Below, piece by piece: positions 23,417 to 37,012 of a stretch of 64,000 nucleotides of DNA. The position numbers and the translations under genes were made by a program. The number at the start of each line of letters is the position of its first letter. Within the stretch, counting starts at the first letter, position 1. The DNA comes from Protoeuglena noctilucae. Lineage: Eukaryota. The notes beneath the pieces were generated by a model, which saw only the letters and a program-made list of their open reading frames with translations, had not been told where the DNA came from and made no database searches. The stretch covers positions 1,240,001 to 1,304,000 of the forward strand of contig OY253669.1 in NCBI GenBank assembly GCA_958009085.1, in the 5' to 3' direction.

Positions 23417-26400
23417 ATGGTTGAAACTGCTCCTCCCTCGCAGGCGGGGGGGGTCGCCGAGGGTGTTGGGCCCCCGCTGCCTTCCCAGGCTTATCCACCG
23501 GCGCCTCCTCCGGCTGCATCGTCTCCGCTTCTGAGCGGCGTCAGTCAGCCTGCCGGTGGCCCTGCCCCGCCCGCGCTGGGCTTCGCCACGGCTGGCGGAA
23601 TCTCGTACGGCGCCCCTGGTGCATCCGGCAGCGCCCAGTGGACGGCGCAGCAGGCGGCCATGTACCCGCAACAGCAGCAGCAACAGTTGCAGGAACAACA
23701 GGCGGCGGCGGCACGAGGGCGCTCACCCTTGACGGCTCCTGGGCCCTCACCTCTGACAGCGGGGGGACCAATGGGATACGAAGCGACCATGCCGGGGCAG
23801 CCCTGGCAGGGTTACGTCCCCCAGGACTATCCCTCGCAGGGCTACCCCGCGCAGCCAGGGGCAGCGGTCGGGACGGGGCAGTACTACCCGCCAGGGCAGC
23901 CCCCGTACGGCGGGGCCAGGGGCGCCGGTGTGGGTCAGTACCCTGCGGTGCCAGGGGCGGACCCGAGGCTGCAGCGGGTACCCCTGCCGGCGGGCCAGCC
24001 CCTTCCGGCCATAACCGCCGCGCCGGCCGTCAGCCCGTTGGCGGCGGCGGCGGCGGCGAGCGAGGGCGGCCAGCCGGGTCTGCGGTCCCAGCCCTCCAGG
24101 CTGCGCATGCCGCTGTCAGGGGGTAGTTTCCGCTCGCCACCGAAGATCACCGGGAGGGACCCCCGTGCGTACTACGACCGCGTCCCCATGAGGGTGTCAG
24201 AAAACGTGGACATTTTCAAAAACGGGGACGCGGGGTGGCTGGCCCTGGCGGCGAGCGCCTTCTACAACCCGCTGCAGGCGAGCACTGGGGCGCAATCTAC
24301 CGGCGTATGCTCATCCCTTGCTCAGCCCTCGCGCCTCCCTTGCGCTGTGTCTGCAGTCGCTCATCACCCTGCACCGCACCTGCATTCGCTGGTCTCTCTG
24401 TGGCCGCAGCCTCACCCCAAGCGATGGGCCTTCGACCACTCCAAGGGCTACCGCATCTGCCTGGACGGCATCTCCGGCATCGAGCTGGGGTTCGTGCCGG
24501 GGGGAGCCCTCGACCCTCGCAACACGCCACCCGAGGTAAGCGAAGGACGCCTGCCCTGCATAGTATATACACAACCATGGTTACCATGGTTTTACATGGC
24601 GACTGTAGGTGTCCTGGAGGTTGATGTCACATCCTGGTTTCAAAGCTGCTATCATCGGCGGGCTTTGCGATGGAGCTTACACCGACGAGTGGACCCACCG
24701 CCCCCTGCAGTGGCTGAGGCAGTCCTCGATGCATCCGGAGACCCTGCAATGCCGCGTGGTGCTGCGTTTCCTGGACGGCCGGACCGGGGCCTTCTTCGGC
24801 AACGACTTCGTCACTAGGAACGTCGACTTGGTGCGCGAGAGCAACGGGACATACAGGCGAGCGGCAGACCGACACCGCTTATCATCATCACTGCTGCGCA
24901 TCGCAGACCTCTGAGGGCGACAGTCTACACCGCACGCCTGTCACTCTGTCGCCCACGCGCCTCTCCGCCCACCACTGCGCTGCTGGGATGATGCCCTGCC
25001 TGGTCAACCATGTGCTGCATGCATGTCGGCACTCGCAGGGCTCCGTTCGAGCAAGACGTCTTCTTCCACACCCGTCTGTTCGACCACCAAGTGCAGCTCT
25101 TCGTAGAGGTGCAGCTGGTGCAGAAGGGGTCGGGGGCGCAGGCGCAGGCACAGGCGCAGGGCGGGCGGCCCCTCCAGGACGTGACCAACGCGGGCGCGGG
25201 GGCAGACATGGAGACCGGTCCCAGTCGGGGTGCTTACCCGGGCACGGCCCAGGCCGGCGGCCAGGCCCAGGCGCAAGTGACGATGGAGGTGGTCCAGGGG
25301 TACCAGCAGCAGCTGGCCGCGCAGATGCAGCAGGCGACGGCGGCGGGGTATGCCCCCGAGCTTCTGTCGCAGCTCAAGGCGCAGCAGGAGGCGGCGCTGG
25401 CGCAGCTGTGGCAGATGTTCCTGGCACAGAACCCAGAGTACGTGCGCGAGGCGGAGGAGCAGCGGCGGGCGCAGCAGGGAGCGGGCGCGGCGGGCCAGCG
25501 GGGAGCGACGGGTGGAGCGCAAGCGGCGGCCGCACAGGCCCCAACGGGAGCGACAAGCGGCGCGCAAGCGGCGGCCGCGCAGCCCCAGCGGGCAGCGACG
25601 GGCGCAGCGCAAACGGCGGCAACACAACCCTCGAAGGGTGCAGGGCCGTCAGCGGCGGCCGCCGCCGCTTCGACGGGTAAGGCTCAGGGCAAGCCGCTCG
25701 ACCCGGACCGTGCTGCGACGAGGATCCAGTCGGTGTATCGTGGCAGCCGCGACCGCAAGGAGCTCTCGCGGGCCCAGGGGGGCAAGGCAGCCCGCGCAGC
25801 ACAGAGCGCAGGGCCTGCGGCAAAGGGCGAGGCAGGGAAGGGCGGGGCGCAGGGTAAGCCGCTGCCGCCGGTTGGTGCGGGCGGTGCTGGACCAGCTCAA
25901 GCATCAGGAATGCCTGCGGGTTCCTCGACAGCTGGGCAGGCTGGGGGTCTTCCGGTAGCTGGACAGGGCGCAGGTCTGCCACCACTTGGGCCTCGCCCGG
26001 GCGCGGCGAGCGAAATCACCGCAAAGGACGGGTCGCCAGGGAGCCTGGGTGCAGGGAGCTTAGGAGCGGGTAGCGTAGGCGGAGGGAGTGTGGGTGCAGG
26101 GAGCTTGGGTGCAGGGAGCCGGGTCTCAGGGACGGGAGTGCAGGGCCAGGGGTCAGGGACCTCTGGGACTTCCCCGCTGCTTGCGGGCGGGAGCCAGGGG
26201 TCAGTCGGCGACTCAGCCGCGGGAGCGGGCTCGGGGAAGCTGCCGCCGTTTCCAGGGTCGGGGCCTGCGGCGGGTTCTGCGGGGGGGTCTGCGGGGGGGC
26301 GCCCGGCCCAGCTGGCGCCACTGAAGGGGACGGGCGGGCCTCTGTACTCTGCGGTGGTGAAGGGGTCCGGGCCGGTGGCAGAAGCGAAGGTGGGTCGCGC

Positions 26401-29400
26401 CGGCATGTTTTGGCTCCATGTTACTGCGCTTAGCTTCTTGGCATGCAGCTGTCTCGTGCCTTGCTCAACCCGGGTGTGTAATCAAACAGTGGCGTCCCCC
26501 ACACGCAGGAGACGGATAAAACGGCGTCGGGGCAGCCGGCAAAGAAGGGGCTCTTCGGGTTCAGCCTGTCCAGGGGCGCCAGAAACACGGAGGCATCGGG
26601 GTCAGCACCCGCAGCCACGCCGGGTGGCCCGGCCCCTGCCCAGGGGGCCCCCGGGGTCCCGAGTGGGAGTGCACCTCAGCAGCCAGGGATGGTGGCGCAG
26701 GCAGCTGCACAGGGGTACGCGCAGGCAGCTGGTCAGGGGTACGCCCAGGCGGGGGCCGCAACTGCACCTCTGCCGGCGGCTATAATGACTCAGGGGTACG
26801 GGCCAGCAGGCGCTGCCACTGCACCTCTGCCGGCGGCTGCGATGACTCAGGGGTACAATCCAATGGGGGCGACTGCATTGGGGTCCAGCGATCCGCGGAG
26901 CATGGTGGGCGCACAAGGTCAGCCAGCCGCTTCTGCTCAGCCCGGCACTGCTGGGCAGCCTCAGCCACTGCCAGGTCAGGCATACCCGGGCACGCAGCAG
27001 CCCCAGCCGTTGCCCGGTCAGGCATACGCGGGTGCACAGCAGGCCCAGGGCCAGCCCTTGCCTGGCCAAGCGTACCCAGGCACGCAGCAGCCCTTGCCCG
27101 GGCAGGCAAATACTGGTGCGGGCGCACACCAGCTCCAGCCCCAGCCATTGCCTGGTCAGACATACCCGGGCACGCAGCAGCCCCAAGGCCAGCCCGGCCA
27201 GCCCTTGCCCGCATCCCATGCAGGGGCGCAGCACCAGGCTGCAGGGGGGCAGCCTGGAGCCTATCCAATTGCAGCGGGTGCTGCGTATCCAGTTGCCCCG
27301 GTTGGTGGCTATCCGGCACCTGGAGTCTCGCAGCCACAGGCCGCAGCTAGGGGAGCTGTGCAGGGCGCGCCGTATGCAGGGCCGGCGCAGGTCCCGCCTG
27401 TGGCCGGTGGCTATCCGGCACCTGCCCCGGCACCTGCGCAAGCCGTGCCCGGCCAGCCTGGACCAGGCGCTGCGGCGAAGCAGTCGCCTACCAAGCAGCC
27501 GTGGTTCGGCAGGCGCAAGGAGGAGAAGGCGGCGAAGGCTGCCGCCAAGAAGGGGGCGGCGAGCGCCGCGGCCCCAACTCCCTCCCCGCTCGCCCCCGCA
27601 TCGCAGCCCGCGCAGCCTCAGGCCGCCGGCGCGCAGCTGCCCGGCCGCCCGGGCCCGGGTCAGCAGCCGCAGTGGCGGGCTCCCGCACCGGCGCCTGCGC
27701 CCGTGCCTGCCCCCAAGGCGGGCCAGCGGGCCGGTGCGACTGCGGAGGTCTTTGCGACGGTGCATTGGTGCGTGCTGCCCCTCTTCCCCAAGACGAGCAA
27801 GACGGAGCGCGTCAACATGCAGCTGCGGCGTGCGGTGGCCAAGCCGGGCAAGGCGCCTGAGGACGAGTCGGGCCTGCGCTACAAGCAGGGCCGGAACCTG
27901 ACTCTGGCGACCACGCTGCGCAAGAAGGGGGCCGGGGAGTACCCCGGGGAGGACGGCAATGCGGACGTGGGCGAGGGCATGGTGGGCCTGGTAAAGGACG
28001 TGGTGTGGGACGCCATGGAGCGGGTAGTCACGTCCGTGGTGGCGATCCGACTGCAAACGCAGCTCAGGGAGGCGTGCAGAACGGGGCCCTTCGAGTACCA
28101 GCTGCTCGCGGAGGCCAAGGCTCGGCTGACGACCACGCAGGTGAATGGCGGCGTGGCTGGATGATGCAGAGTGGGTGATGGGTGCGGGACGGCTTGGTGT
28201 GGTGTGGGTGATAGCAAGCCGGGGTGTTGATAGGTGAAGCGTGCCGTTGGCACGGGGCGTGGCGTTGAGCGTGACACGTGGCCCTCCCTGCGCCCGCAGA
28301 GGCTGGGGAAGCTCATCAGCTCCGACGCGCGTAGGAGCGCCACGTGCTGCGTGATGGCGAGCATGTCAGCCGACCAACGCACCCTCAAGCTCCAGAGGAA
28401 CGTCCCAGAGAACTACCTTTTCGCCTCCTCGTCATTCAGTGAGCGGCATCCGCACGCCCGCGCCCTGCCGCGCCACAGTCGGTGCCCCGGCTGTCTGACC
28501 CTAGTCGCACCCCTCTGCTCACCGCACCCCCGCAGTCCCTGGCATCGTGCGCAAGCGGCAGGACGGCAGGATCTCCACGGAGGCCTCCTTCACGACCCTC
28601 TTCCTCCAGGTCTCGCCGCGCCCCGCCCCTTGCAAGGCCCTCGCAGCGCACTTGAGGTCCTTCCGCGCCGTGCTTGCCAAGGCCGTGCGGGCGCAGCTGC
28701 GAGCCAAGACGGGCGGCCGGGGGCGCTACCTCCTGCGCGTCACCGCAACCAACGGCCTGTTCTGGTGACTGCGCGATGCCTCGCTTTGTGGGCGATGCTG
28801 TTGGTTGCATGCCGCGCCACACCTGTGGCGTCCGCCTGTGCTATGCATGACTCCAATGACCCCCCGAGCAACTTCCCTGCCCTATCTCGTCACGCCGTCC
28901 ATTGCTCCATTCCCTCTCCTCTCGTTCGCCCAGGCTCAACAAGCCCGCCCTCTTCGACGCCCTCTCGGCCAGCGACCTCTCGGGCCAAGGCCAGCCTGAC
29001 AACGAGCTCGTAGGGATGCCCGTGTCAGAGGCCCTCGAGGTGCTGCCGCTCCCCAGCGACCCCTACACGGCGCTCTTCGTGGAGCTGGTGTGGTCGGCCA
29101 ACCCACTCCGCAAGGGCGAGGCGCCCCCGCCCATCGAGGGTGCCCCTCAAATGGCTGACGACAAGGTGAGGGGCGGGCAGCATCAGTGGTGACGAGGCGA
29201 GCCTCAATGCTTGCCAATCCAGGACTCTCTGTTCTGTCCTTGGCTCTCCTCATTACTCTCGCCGCCCTCCTTGACCCCCGTAAAACCCCGCACCATTGCG
29301 TTGCCCCCGCAGCGCCGCATGCTGGAGGGCCGGCCCTCCCAGCGCCGCAGCTGGCGCACCCTGACCGGCGCGGGATCAACCCCCGACTCCCAGCAGCCGC

Positions 29401-32400
29401 CGGTCGAGGTTCCTTGCCCCAAGGAGGCGGGCACCTGGCCCGTGCCGCTCGCCACGATGTCGTACCAGCCTCCCCGGCCCGACCAGGCCCGCCCCGGCGA
29501 CCTCACGGGCTACGTCGGGGTCGTGTCCACCACGGAGGTCGTTGCCTGGACCGTCCTGTTCCCATTCGACCCCAACACGTGCGACCCTGAGACGCCCGAA
29601 GTCGGATTCCGCACCGGCCCTCTCCAGGTGCCCAGTCAGCTCGCTAAGCTCTCCCGCGCACCAGGCGTGCTGTAGCTGCCGGCAGACCTCTGCTCCCAGC
29701 AGATGGCGTATGGCTGTCGCGTGCCTGCCACAGTGCGCCACCCGTGATAGGTGGGAGTGCTTACTGACTCCACCATGCTTCCCGATGCCCTGCAGGCTCG
29801 CATGAGGGGCGACTTGGTCCCCTGGTCCATCTCGCGCAAGGCTGACGTGGACTTGCGAGCGGCTGAGGGGGTCTCCATGGCTCTCGAGGTGCGGCAAAAC
29901 ACACGGGCCTGCTATGACGCAACACTTGGCACAGCCTGTCCTCATAGATGTCGTATCTGTGAGCCGTGGCCGTCAACCACCTTCGCCTGCTCGCATTCTC
30001 GACCGAAGGATCCACAGGATGGAACGCGCTCGGCTCAACCTGACCCAATGGTGGAGTGCCTGCATGGCATAAAGCTCGAACCGACCGCGCCCCCTTGCCA
30101 CTCCGCCCCCGCAGCTCAGCGCCATTCCCGGCAGGGACCCGTACCTGAGCGAGGAGATGCAGCAGCTGCGCCGGGAGTGGGCGGGGGAGGCCAGCAAGGA
30201 GCCCCGGGGGTCGCTGGCTGCGATGGCCGGCAGAGACCCACGCCGGCTGCTGGAGGCGGCAGGGCCGGCGGGGCCTGGGCAAGCAGAGGACGCTGCGATG
30301 CAAGAGTACTGGGAGCGCCAGGCCTTGCTCGCGGAGCAGGAGCGGGCGCTGCTGTCCATGCAGGCGAGTGGGGGGGGTGTTGCGGTAGCACGGTGCGTGC
30401 TGCATGGGGAGTTGTGTTGGGGTCATCTCTGCCTTTTTTCTCCTGGCGCTACTTGCGCTGAGCTATTGTGTAAAGGTAGCTGCTGTGGTGGCGGCCCCTG
30501 GCAGTCCTGGCTCATCACCAAACGGGGGCGCTGATGCGTGACGCTCGGGTGCGTGGTTGTATCTGTGCTTGCAGGACCAGGTTCGCCAGCAGCAGATGCA
30601 AGTGGAGGCGCGGCAGAGGGAGCAGATGACGTACGAGCAGTACCAGCGATACCAAGAGGAGCAGCAGCGGAGGGGGGCGGGGCAGGCCGCTGCGCCGCTC
30701 GCCCCCGGGCCCTCAACTGCCGTCGGTGACGTGCGGTCGCCCGTGGGTGTCAGGGACAGCGACGCCTCGATGGTCGCTCTCAGGACCCTGGCAGATCAGC
30801 AGCGGGCCCACGAGGCGGCCATCCGGGCCATGCACGCCCACTTGCAGGTGCGCATGACAGCGCGCGGTGACTCACCTACGGTGTGTGTTGTCGTGCAAGT
30901 CTTGGTGGTGCAGGGACTGCCTATCTGTATGGCGCGACGACTGTCTCTAAGTCCATATATCGCTTGGCCATATACTAGCAGCCAGGCTCGGCGCTGCCTT
31001 GATAGCTGTGAGACCCATCCAACCTGGGTCTCGTTCCGACTGCAGGCCACGGCAGCCCAGGGCGCCCCCAATGCCCAGTACCAGCAGGCGCTGCAGGTCC
31101 AGGTGAGAGTGGCCGATTACCTTTTAACTGCCGTGAGTGCTACACTCAGACAGCCCTTGCAGCGTGCTGCGCAAGCACCCCTGCCACCGACACCACAGCA
31201 CCCATTCTTGCCTCTGTTTCTGTCATTGCAGATGCAGCAAATGCTGCAGCAGCTCGCGGTGGTCCAGCACCAGATGGCGGCCCTTCACCAGCAGACGTCC
31301 GCGGCCCTCATGGCCAGACAGGGCCCTGCCTCGGACCACGCGCAGAACCTGCAGCGGGTGCAGGTCGCCGATCTCCAGCGCAAGCAGCGGGCGCTGCTCG
31401 AGGCGAGTGACAGTATGACTGTGACTGCAATGGGCCGTGACGCCCTGGCGGGGCTGTTGACTCGACCCTGAATGTGCTTCCCCAGGCCGGCAGCTCTCGC
31501 TCGCCGCACCTGGTCATATATGAGCTGGTTCGACGTCCAACTGGCTGCATCAAGGGACCTGATCATCGCTTCTCTGCCTCCGGTCGCAGGGCGCGGCTGC
31601 TAGCACCGTGCAGAGGTCCGTCCGGGGCATGCTGCAGAAGCGGGGGTGGCAGCCGACGCGTCCCCCGACCATCAACGGTGCGCTGCCGTTGCTGCTGCTC
31701 AGCCACCCACCAACAATGACACTCCGTTGCCCTGACCAAACCCCCACCCAGCGACACTGCTCAGTCACACTGCGTACCCCGACGGCCCCGCCCCCAGGCC
31801 GCGCCGTGGACCCGTCCTACTACGTCAAGCAGGCGTACCCCACCGCCGCGGCCGTCCCGCACCCCGAGATGACCCGGGAGGAGTTCGAACGGCTGGCACG
31901 CATGCCCCCCACGACCTACGCCGGGGGCACCCAGGCGTGGGGATCGCCCCTGACCTACTCGGGAGCGCCGCCAGCGCCGGGCGCGGAGACCTACGACCCC
32001 AGCCGCGCAGACAAGGCCAGGTGAATGCTCAGTTAGTTGGCCATGCTGACACCGCAGGGATGCACCACTCAGTGCGCTGCCGGTTGCCTGGCCAGGCAGA
32101 GAGTTGTGGCACAGGGTCCTTGCTGCCCCGAACCTTGATTCTATCAAGCAAAGCCAGAGGTCCTGCCCTTGTCCACACGCCCCCCGTGGCCTCTCCGCTC
32201 TCAGGGTCTACTCTCGCGCCATCGATGATGCTCTTCCCAAGGACATGGCCTCCGTCCTCCGCCACCCGGGCGCCCTCCACGCCCTGGACGCGCACGCCGT
32301 GGCGCGTCGCCTGCGGGGCGCCGTCGACTTGAGCCTGGAGACCATGGATGACCTGGACGCCAACGACGTCGTGCTGCAGTTCGTCGCCGTCCGGCGGTCC

Positions 32401-35400
32401 GGAGGCGCGGTGCCCCAGGTGCGGATCCCTGACCTGTCTCTTTTGTTGATTCGCTCGTCCTTCTTCAAAGTGGGAACGCCTGCCCGGGCGTGGGGCGTGG
32501 CTTGACCTGCCTGGTACCCCTCGCACATGGGCCACCTCCCGCGCGAGCCTGAGCCACTACTGACCCCTAGCCTTGCTGTCAAACATGTATATTTCAAAAT
32601 CTCTCATCTTCTATCTTTTTACCAACCGCAGAAGGTCTACTTTACCACGCGCTTCTTCGACTGCGGCCCGGCGGTGTCGGAGATCGCCAGTGTGGCCGTG
32701 GACCCCGCGGACCCGGGGCTGGCGTGGGTGCTGGGCGGCGGCGGCACCCACACGGGCGTCGCGTGCAAGTTTGCCATCGACGACGACGACGAGGGGCTGG
32801 ACGCGGAGACGGGGGGTCGCCGCGCCGGTTTGATACGATACCTCGCCGGCCGCTCCCTGCACGTCGACATGTGGGACGGCGACAGCCTCATGCACCTCGG
32901 CACGGTGTCCGTTCCACTCATCGGCGCATTGCGGCAGGTGAGGCGCACCCTGGGCGCTGCGGGGCAGGGCAGCCATGGTGGCACCGCCAACGAGCGGGGG
33001 TGCTCAACCCAGGCAGGTGGTGTTTTGTATGGGCGTCCGCTGAGCCCGCTCCAATTCGTTCCCCACCCGCAGGGCCGTCCCGCCTGCGAGACCCTTCTGA
33101 GCGTGCCGCTGGACGTCCCCGTCACCCACAACTTGGCTCCGGTGGAGGGCACGCCGTCGCCGCTCTCGCATCCGCCCCAGGGCGCCGCCACAGCCAGAGA
33201 GGTCCTCGAGAACGCCCCGCCAGATTACGCAACCGTGCCGCACGACTTCAGCGCACGGGGGCACCCGGGCGACCACAGGCCCAGGGAGCCGTACCCCGGG
33301 TATTACCACCCGGCTGTCTCCGGCGCGCACCCGGCAGGAGCGCCTGGCCACGAGATCTCGCCCCTGGCAGCGGCCCTCGCGAAGCAGCAGGACCCAGCGG
33401 CCCCAGCGGCGCCGAGCACGACCCGGTCGCCCCTCCTGGGCGCCGTGAATGCTCCAGGGACGGTGTACGGCCCAGGACCTGTCACTGGGCCAGTCCCGGG
33501 CTTTGGCCCAACCGCTGCGTCCAGTCCGTTGCAGGCGGCAGTGGTTGCGCAGGCGGCGTCGGCTGGCATGCCCCCAGGCCCAGCTGTCACGGGATACGCG
33601 GGGCCTGGCCCGCACAGCGCGTATGGCGTCGCGGCACCATACGGCGCCGGCGGCCTTGCACAGGGTCCCGTCCAAGGGCTGTACGCGCCCCCGACCGTGT
33701 CGCCACTCGCTGCAGCGGCCACACAGGCCCATAGTGCGCCCGTGCCTCACACGGCGGCTCCTCCGTACGCACCCCCGACCGTGTCGCCACTTGCTGCTGC
33801 GGCCGCACAGCCTTACGGTGTGGCCATGCCTCGCACAGGAGCTCCCTCGCACGCGCCCACAACATCGCCACTCATGGCTGCGGCACAAGCGCAAGCTGCG
33901 TCGCATCACCGCCTCGGCCCCGGCCCTGTCGCTGAGTCTGTAGCGCCCCCAGGGCCCGTCGCCGAAGCCGGCCCCCTGTCCCCCAACCAAGTCCAACGTC
34001 GCACCCCCGCACAGCCCCCCGCTGCCAGCCGAACGGCTGCCACACCCACGCGGGTTCCGGCGGGCACCCCGACAGGCCGATCGTCCCAGGCAACCGCCCC
34101 AACGACCTCTGGCGGGGCCTCGCGCCCCACGTCACCCGCCCGGCAACACGCGCAGGCAGGGCACGCTCACATGGCGCAGCAGCCCATGTGGGTCCCTCAG
34201 CAGCAGGGCCCTGCTACCACCTCCGGGTACCCGTATGGCAGCGCTGGCGGCGCCGCAGCTCATCAAGGGTGGTACGCGGGCGGGGCGATGTCTGGAGCGG
34301 GAGCGCCGGCCGGTGCGTACGCCCCAGCGCAGGCGCCCGTGCCAGCGCGGGCCGTCGTCGCCGCGCCGGATCCGTCATCGGCAACGCCGCTATCCGACGC
34401 GGGTCCCCTGGGCGAGTTGCCGCTGGAGTCCCGGATCAAGGGCCATGTGATCGTTCGCCTGCTCTGCGTGGGACGGAAGAGCGACAGGCTGGCCACGCGG
34501 CGGCCTGCGCGGGTGGAGGAGGTGGACGAGGCGGTCGGGGTGACGAGCACGGCATCTGGCAAGCTGCGGGTGCGGGAGATGGACTTGGCGGCGGCGGCGG
34601 ACGTGGACGCGCGGCGGAGGCGAGAGGGCCACGTGGCAGAGATGGCGCGAATGGCGGGGGTCCCGTCGACCGACGCGCGGGCGCACACGGACGGCGCGGC
34701 CACGGCGGCGCGGGAGAGGGAGCGCGTGCGCAGCCAGGCCATCTCGCAGCAGCTGCAGCGGCGGCTGGGGCGGACCTTCCGGGGGCCCTGCCGCCTTGGT
34801 CAGGCGTTGCTGGTCGAGTACGAGCTGTCCAATGACACGTCGGCGCCCATGGTGGTCGCCATCGAGTCGCAGGACCCGGGGGACATGACGGTGGTGACGG
34901 ACGTGGGGGAGTGGCGCCGCCTGCGCGCGCAGTGCATCGCCAGGGGAGCTTTGTGGGGGCTCTGCCGGCCGCCAGGCGCGGAGGGGCGGGCGTGGGTGCC
35001 CGGGGGCCCCGGGAGCGGCGGAGGCGAGGGCGTCAACATGCCCAAGGCCGCGCAGGGAGCTGGGGTCACGGCCACAGCCACGGCCGTGGGTGGGGACGAG
35101 GTCTCTGACGGCCGCACAGTGTTCCTGGCCCCCAAGGAGCGCGTCGTGGTGCCGTTCCGCGTGCAGCTGGTCCGCGGGCAGCTGCCGCCTCCCGGGCAGG
35201 CCCTGGCGCTGCGTGCGACCTTCACGCACGTCCAGGCGCGGCGCGTGGTGGGCGCCATGGAGGTGCAGTGCCTGGTGGCGCCCCTGGTGGTCGACCGCAC
35301 GTTCCGATTCAAGGCTGGGGAGGGCGAGATCATGCACCGGTCGTTGGACCTGGCGCACCTTCCGCCTGTGCTCTCCATGGAGCACCCGCTCGCCGGCAAC

Positions 35401-36544
35401 CAAGGTGGGTCCCCTGCCCGCTATGATGCATGATATGGTCTGCAGCTTGGCTGACAGGGTGCCAACACCTTGCTAACACCCTGACAAGGTCTTATCGACA
35501 CCCGCTCGTCCCTTGCGACCCTCGTGAGCTCTTCTTGCCCCTTGCAGGCCAGCCTTACGGTCCCTACGCGACGCTCGCGCGGCCGACGGCGCGTTGCAGT
35601 TCCTCGGACCGCGCGTCTGTCTCGGTGGCGGGCATGGTGGTCTCCATCAAGGCCCGGTGCGGCAAGGCCCCGGAGATGATGCAGTTCCTGGTGTGCTTGT
35701 ACGCGGACGTGGACGCCGACGAGCCACTCGAGACGTGGGAGGTGTTCGTGCACTGGTAAGGCGTGACTGAGCGACTTACGTCGTGTGTGCGTAATGTCAA
35801 CCTGTGTCTGCATCTGCACTGCATCTACACACATGTGTGATTGCCAACGACACTCCCCCCGCAGCCTGCGCCGTACGGACGTTCGGTGCCATGCGGGCGA
35901 GACGACGTCGATGCCGCTGCTGATCAAGGGCCTGGGCCACAGCCACGCGGTGCGGGCGTACGTGTCGCACGCCGACGAGGTGGACGTCAAGCCGGACGCC
36001 TTCACCCTCCCGGCCAGCGGGCTGTTTGAGCTCACGGCTCGCGTCCGGCCCCTCCGCGCCTTCGGCCGCATGGACGCCCTCGTTCACCTGGTGGACCAGC
36101 AGACAAGGGAGCTCGTGCACGCCCTCGTCATCACGGCCGACGTCGGCCTGCCGTGCATCACCCGCGCGTTCGAGTGCGAGGTCCCACGGGGCACCTCCGT
36201 GCAGAAGAAGTTCAGCTACCAGAACCGGTGCGTGGCTGCTGGGAGTGGCTGCGTTGCGGCATGGTTTTCAGCCTCTTTGTGGCTGAATCTCAGCTTCTCA
36301 ACTCCTTCTGCACTGCAGGTACTCCCGCCCGCGGCGCTTCTTCCTGCACACCTCCCACCCGCAGCTCGTGCAGCTGCGGCGCGGCGTCGTCGAGGCAGCG
36401 GCCGGAGAGGTCGTGGAGGTCGGGCTCGCCATCAACGCGCGGATGGAGACCCGGCCGGGGATCGTGGAGGCGCTGATATATATCAATGACGAAGACGACC
36501 GCAGCGAGGACTGCATTCGCGTGCGTGTCTCCGTGCTCCAGTGA
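23417..36544 (+). CDS. NPHP4: Nephrocystin-4 (ciliary transition zone protein) with large Gln/Pro/Gly/Ala-rich insertions; about 22 exons
   Basis: Motifs 'FLDGRTGAFFGND', 'DVFFHT', 'DDLDANDVVLQFVAV', 'VYFTTRFFDCGP', 'RYLAGRSLHVDMWDGDSLMHLG', 'PLVVDRTFRF', 'ETWEVFVH', 'KKFSYQN' and 'LIYINDEDDRSEDC' match the NPHP4 motif order as recalled. TGA stop at 36542-36544. Confidence 0.88.
26950..27215 (+). repeat. Coding tandem repeat in NPHP4 (about 5 copies of QPLPGQ(A/T)YPGTQQP)
   Basis: Visible in the DNA (cagcc.ttgcc.gg.ca.gc.tacc..ggcacgcagcag) and in ORF 26689..28164. Confidence 0.85.
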
Positions 36545-37012
36545 ACCTAGGCCTGTATGTGTGTTTAAGGATCTATCTTTCATGCTGCAACATAGGCTGG
36601 CCCTCTCAACCCCATCGGGGAGAACATGCGTTGGCTTGCGAGCATGTCAAGTGCTGGCGTGAACCGTCAGTTTGCCGCCGCTTGGTCACGCCCCGCGAGA
36701 AGCAAAGAGACGTTCAATTCTGTGCTGTGTATAGCGTTCATCGTCGATCGCTATCGGAAGAGGGGGCTTTTGCGGCTCCATCCGTTGAGGTGACCCTTGT
36801 GTGCAAAGGGCGCCCCCGAAGAACGCGCCCCCCGTCGGTCTCGATGCTTTGCTCAACTCGTTATTTGATTTGCAATTGCTAGAGCCTGGTCCTGCCCCTT
36901 TAACGTGGCGACAGGGCCCAAGCTTCGTCGCGTTGTTACCATGTCGATTTCTTAACTCGCGCTCGAATTGTGCTCAGTTACCTCTCGCCCCGTACTCCCA
37001 GATCGATCCAAA

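Noticed and set aside
26700..27215. Spaced repeats as a possible CRISPR array
   Set aside because: The repeats are degenerate, in frame inside a eukaryotic exon, and there are no cas genes.
26602..28056. 484-aa minus-strand ORF and similar long antisense ORFs
   Set aside because: These are antisense to GC3-rich exons, Arg/Leu/Gly-rich and show no motifs.
11862..36544. Channel and NPHP4 as a ciliary gene cluster
   Set aside because: Only two genes, separated by a mitochondrial gene; chance adjacency is sufficient.
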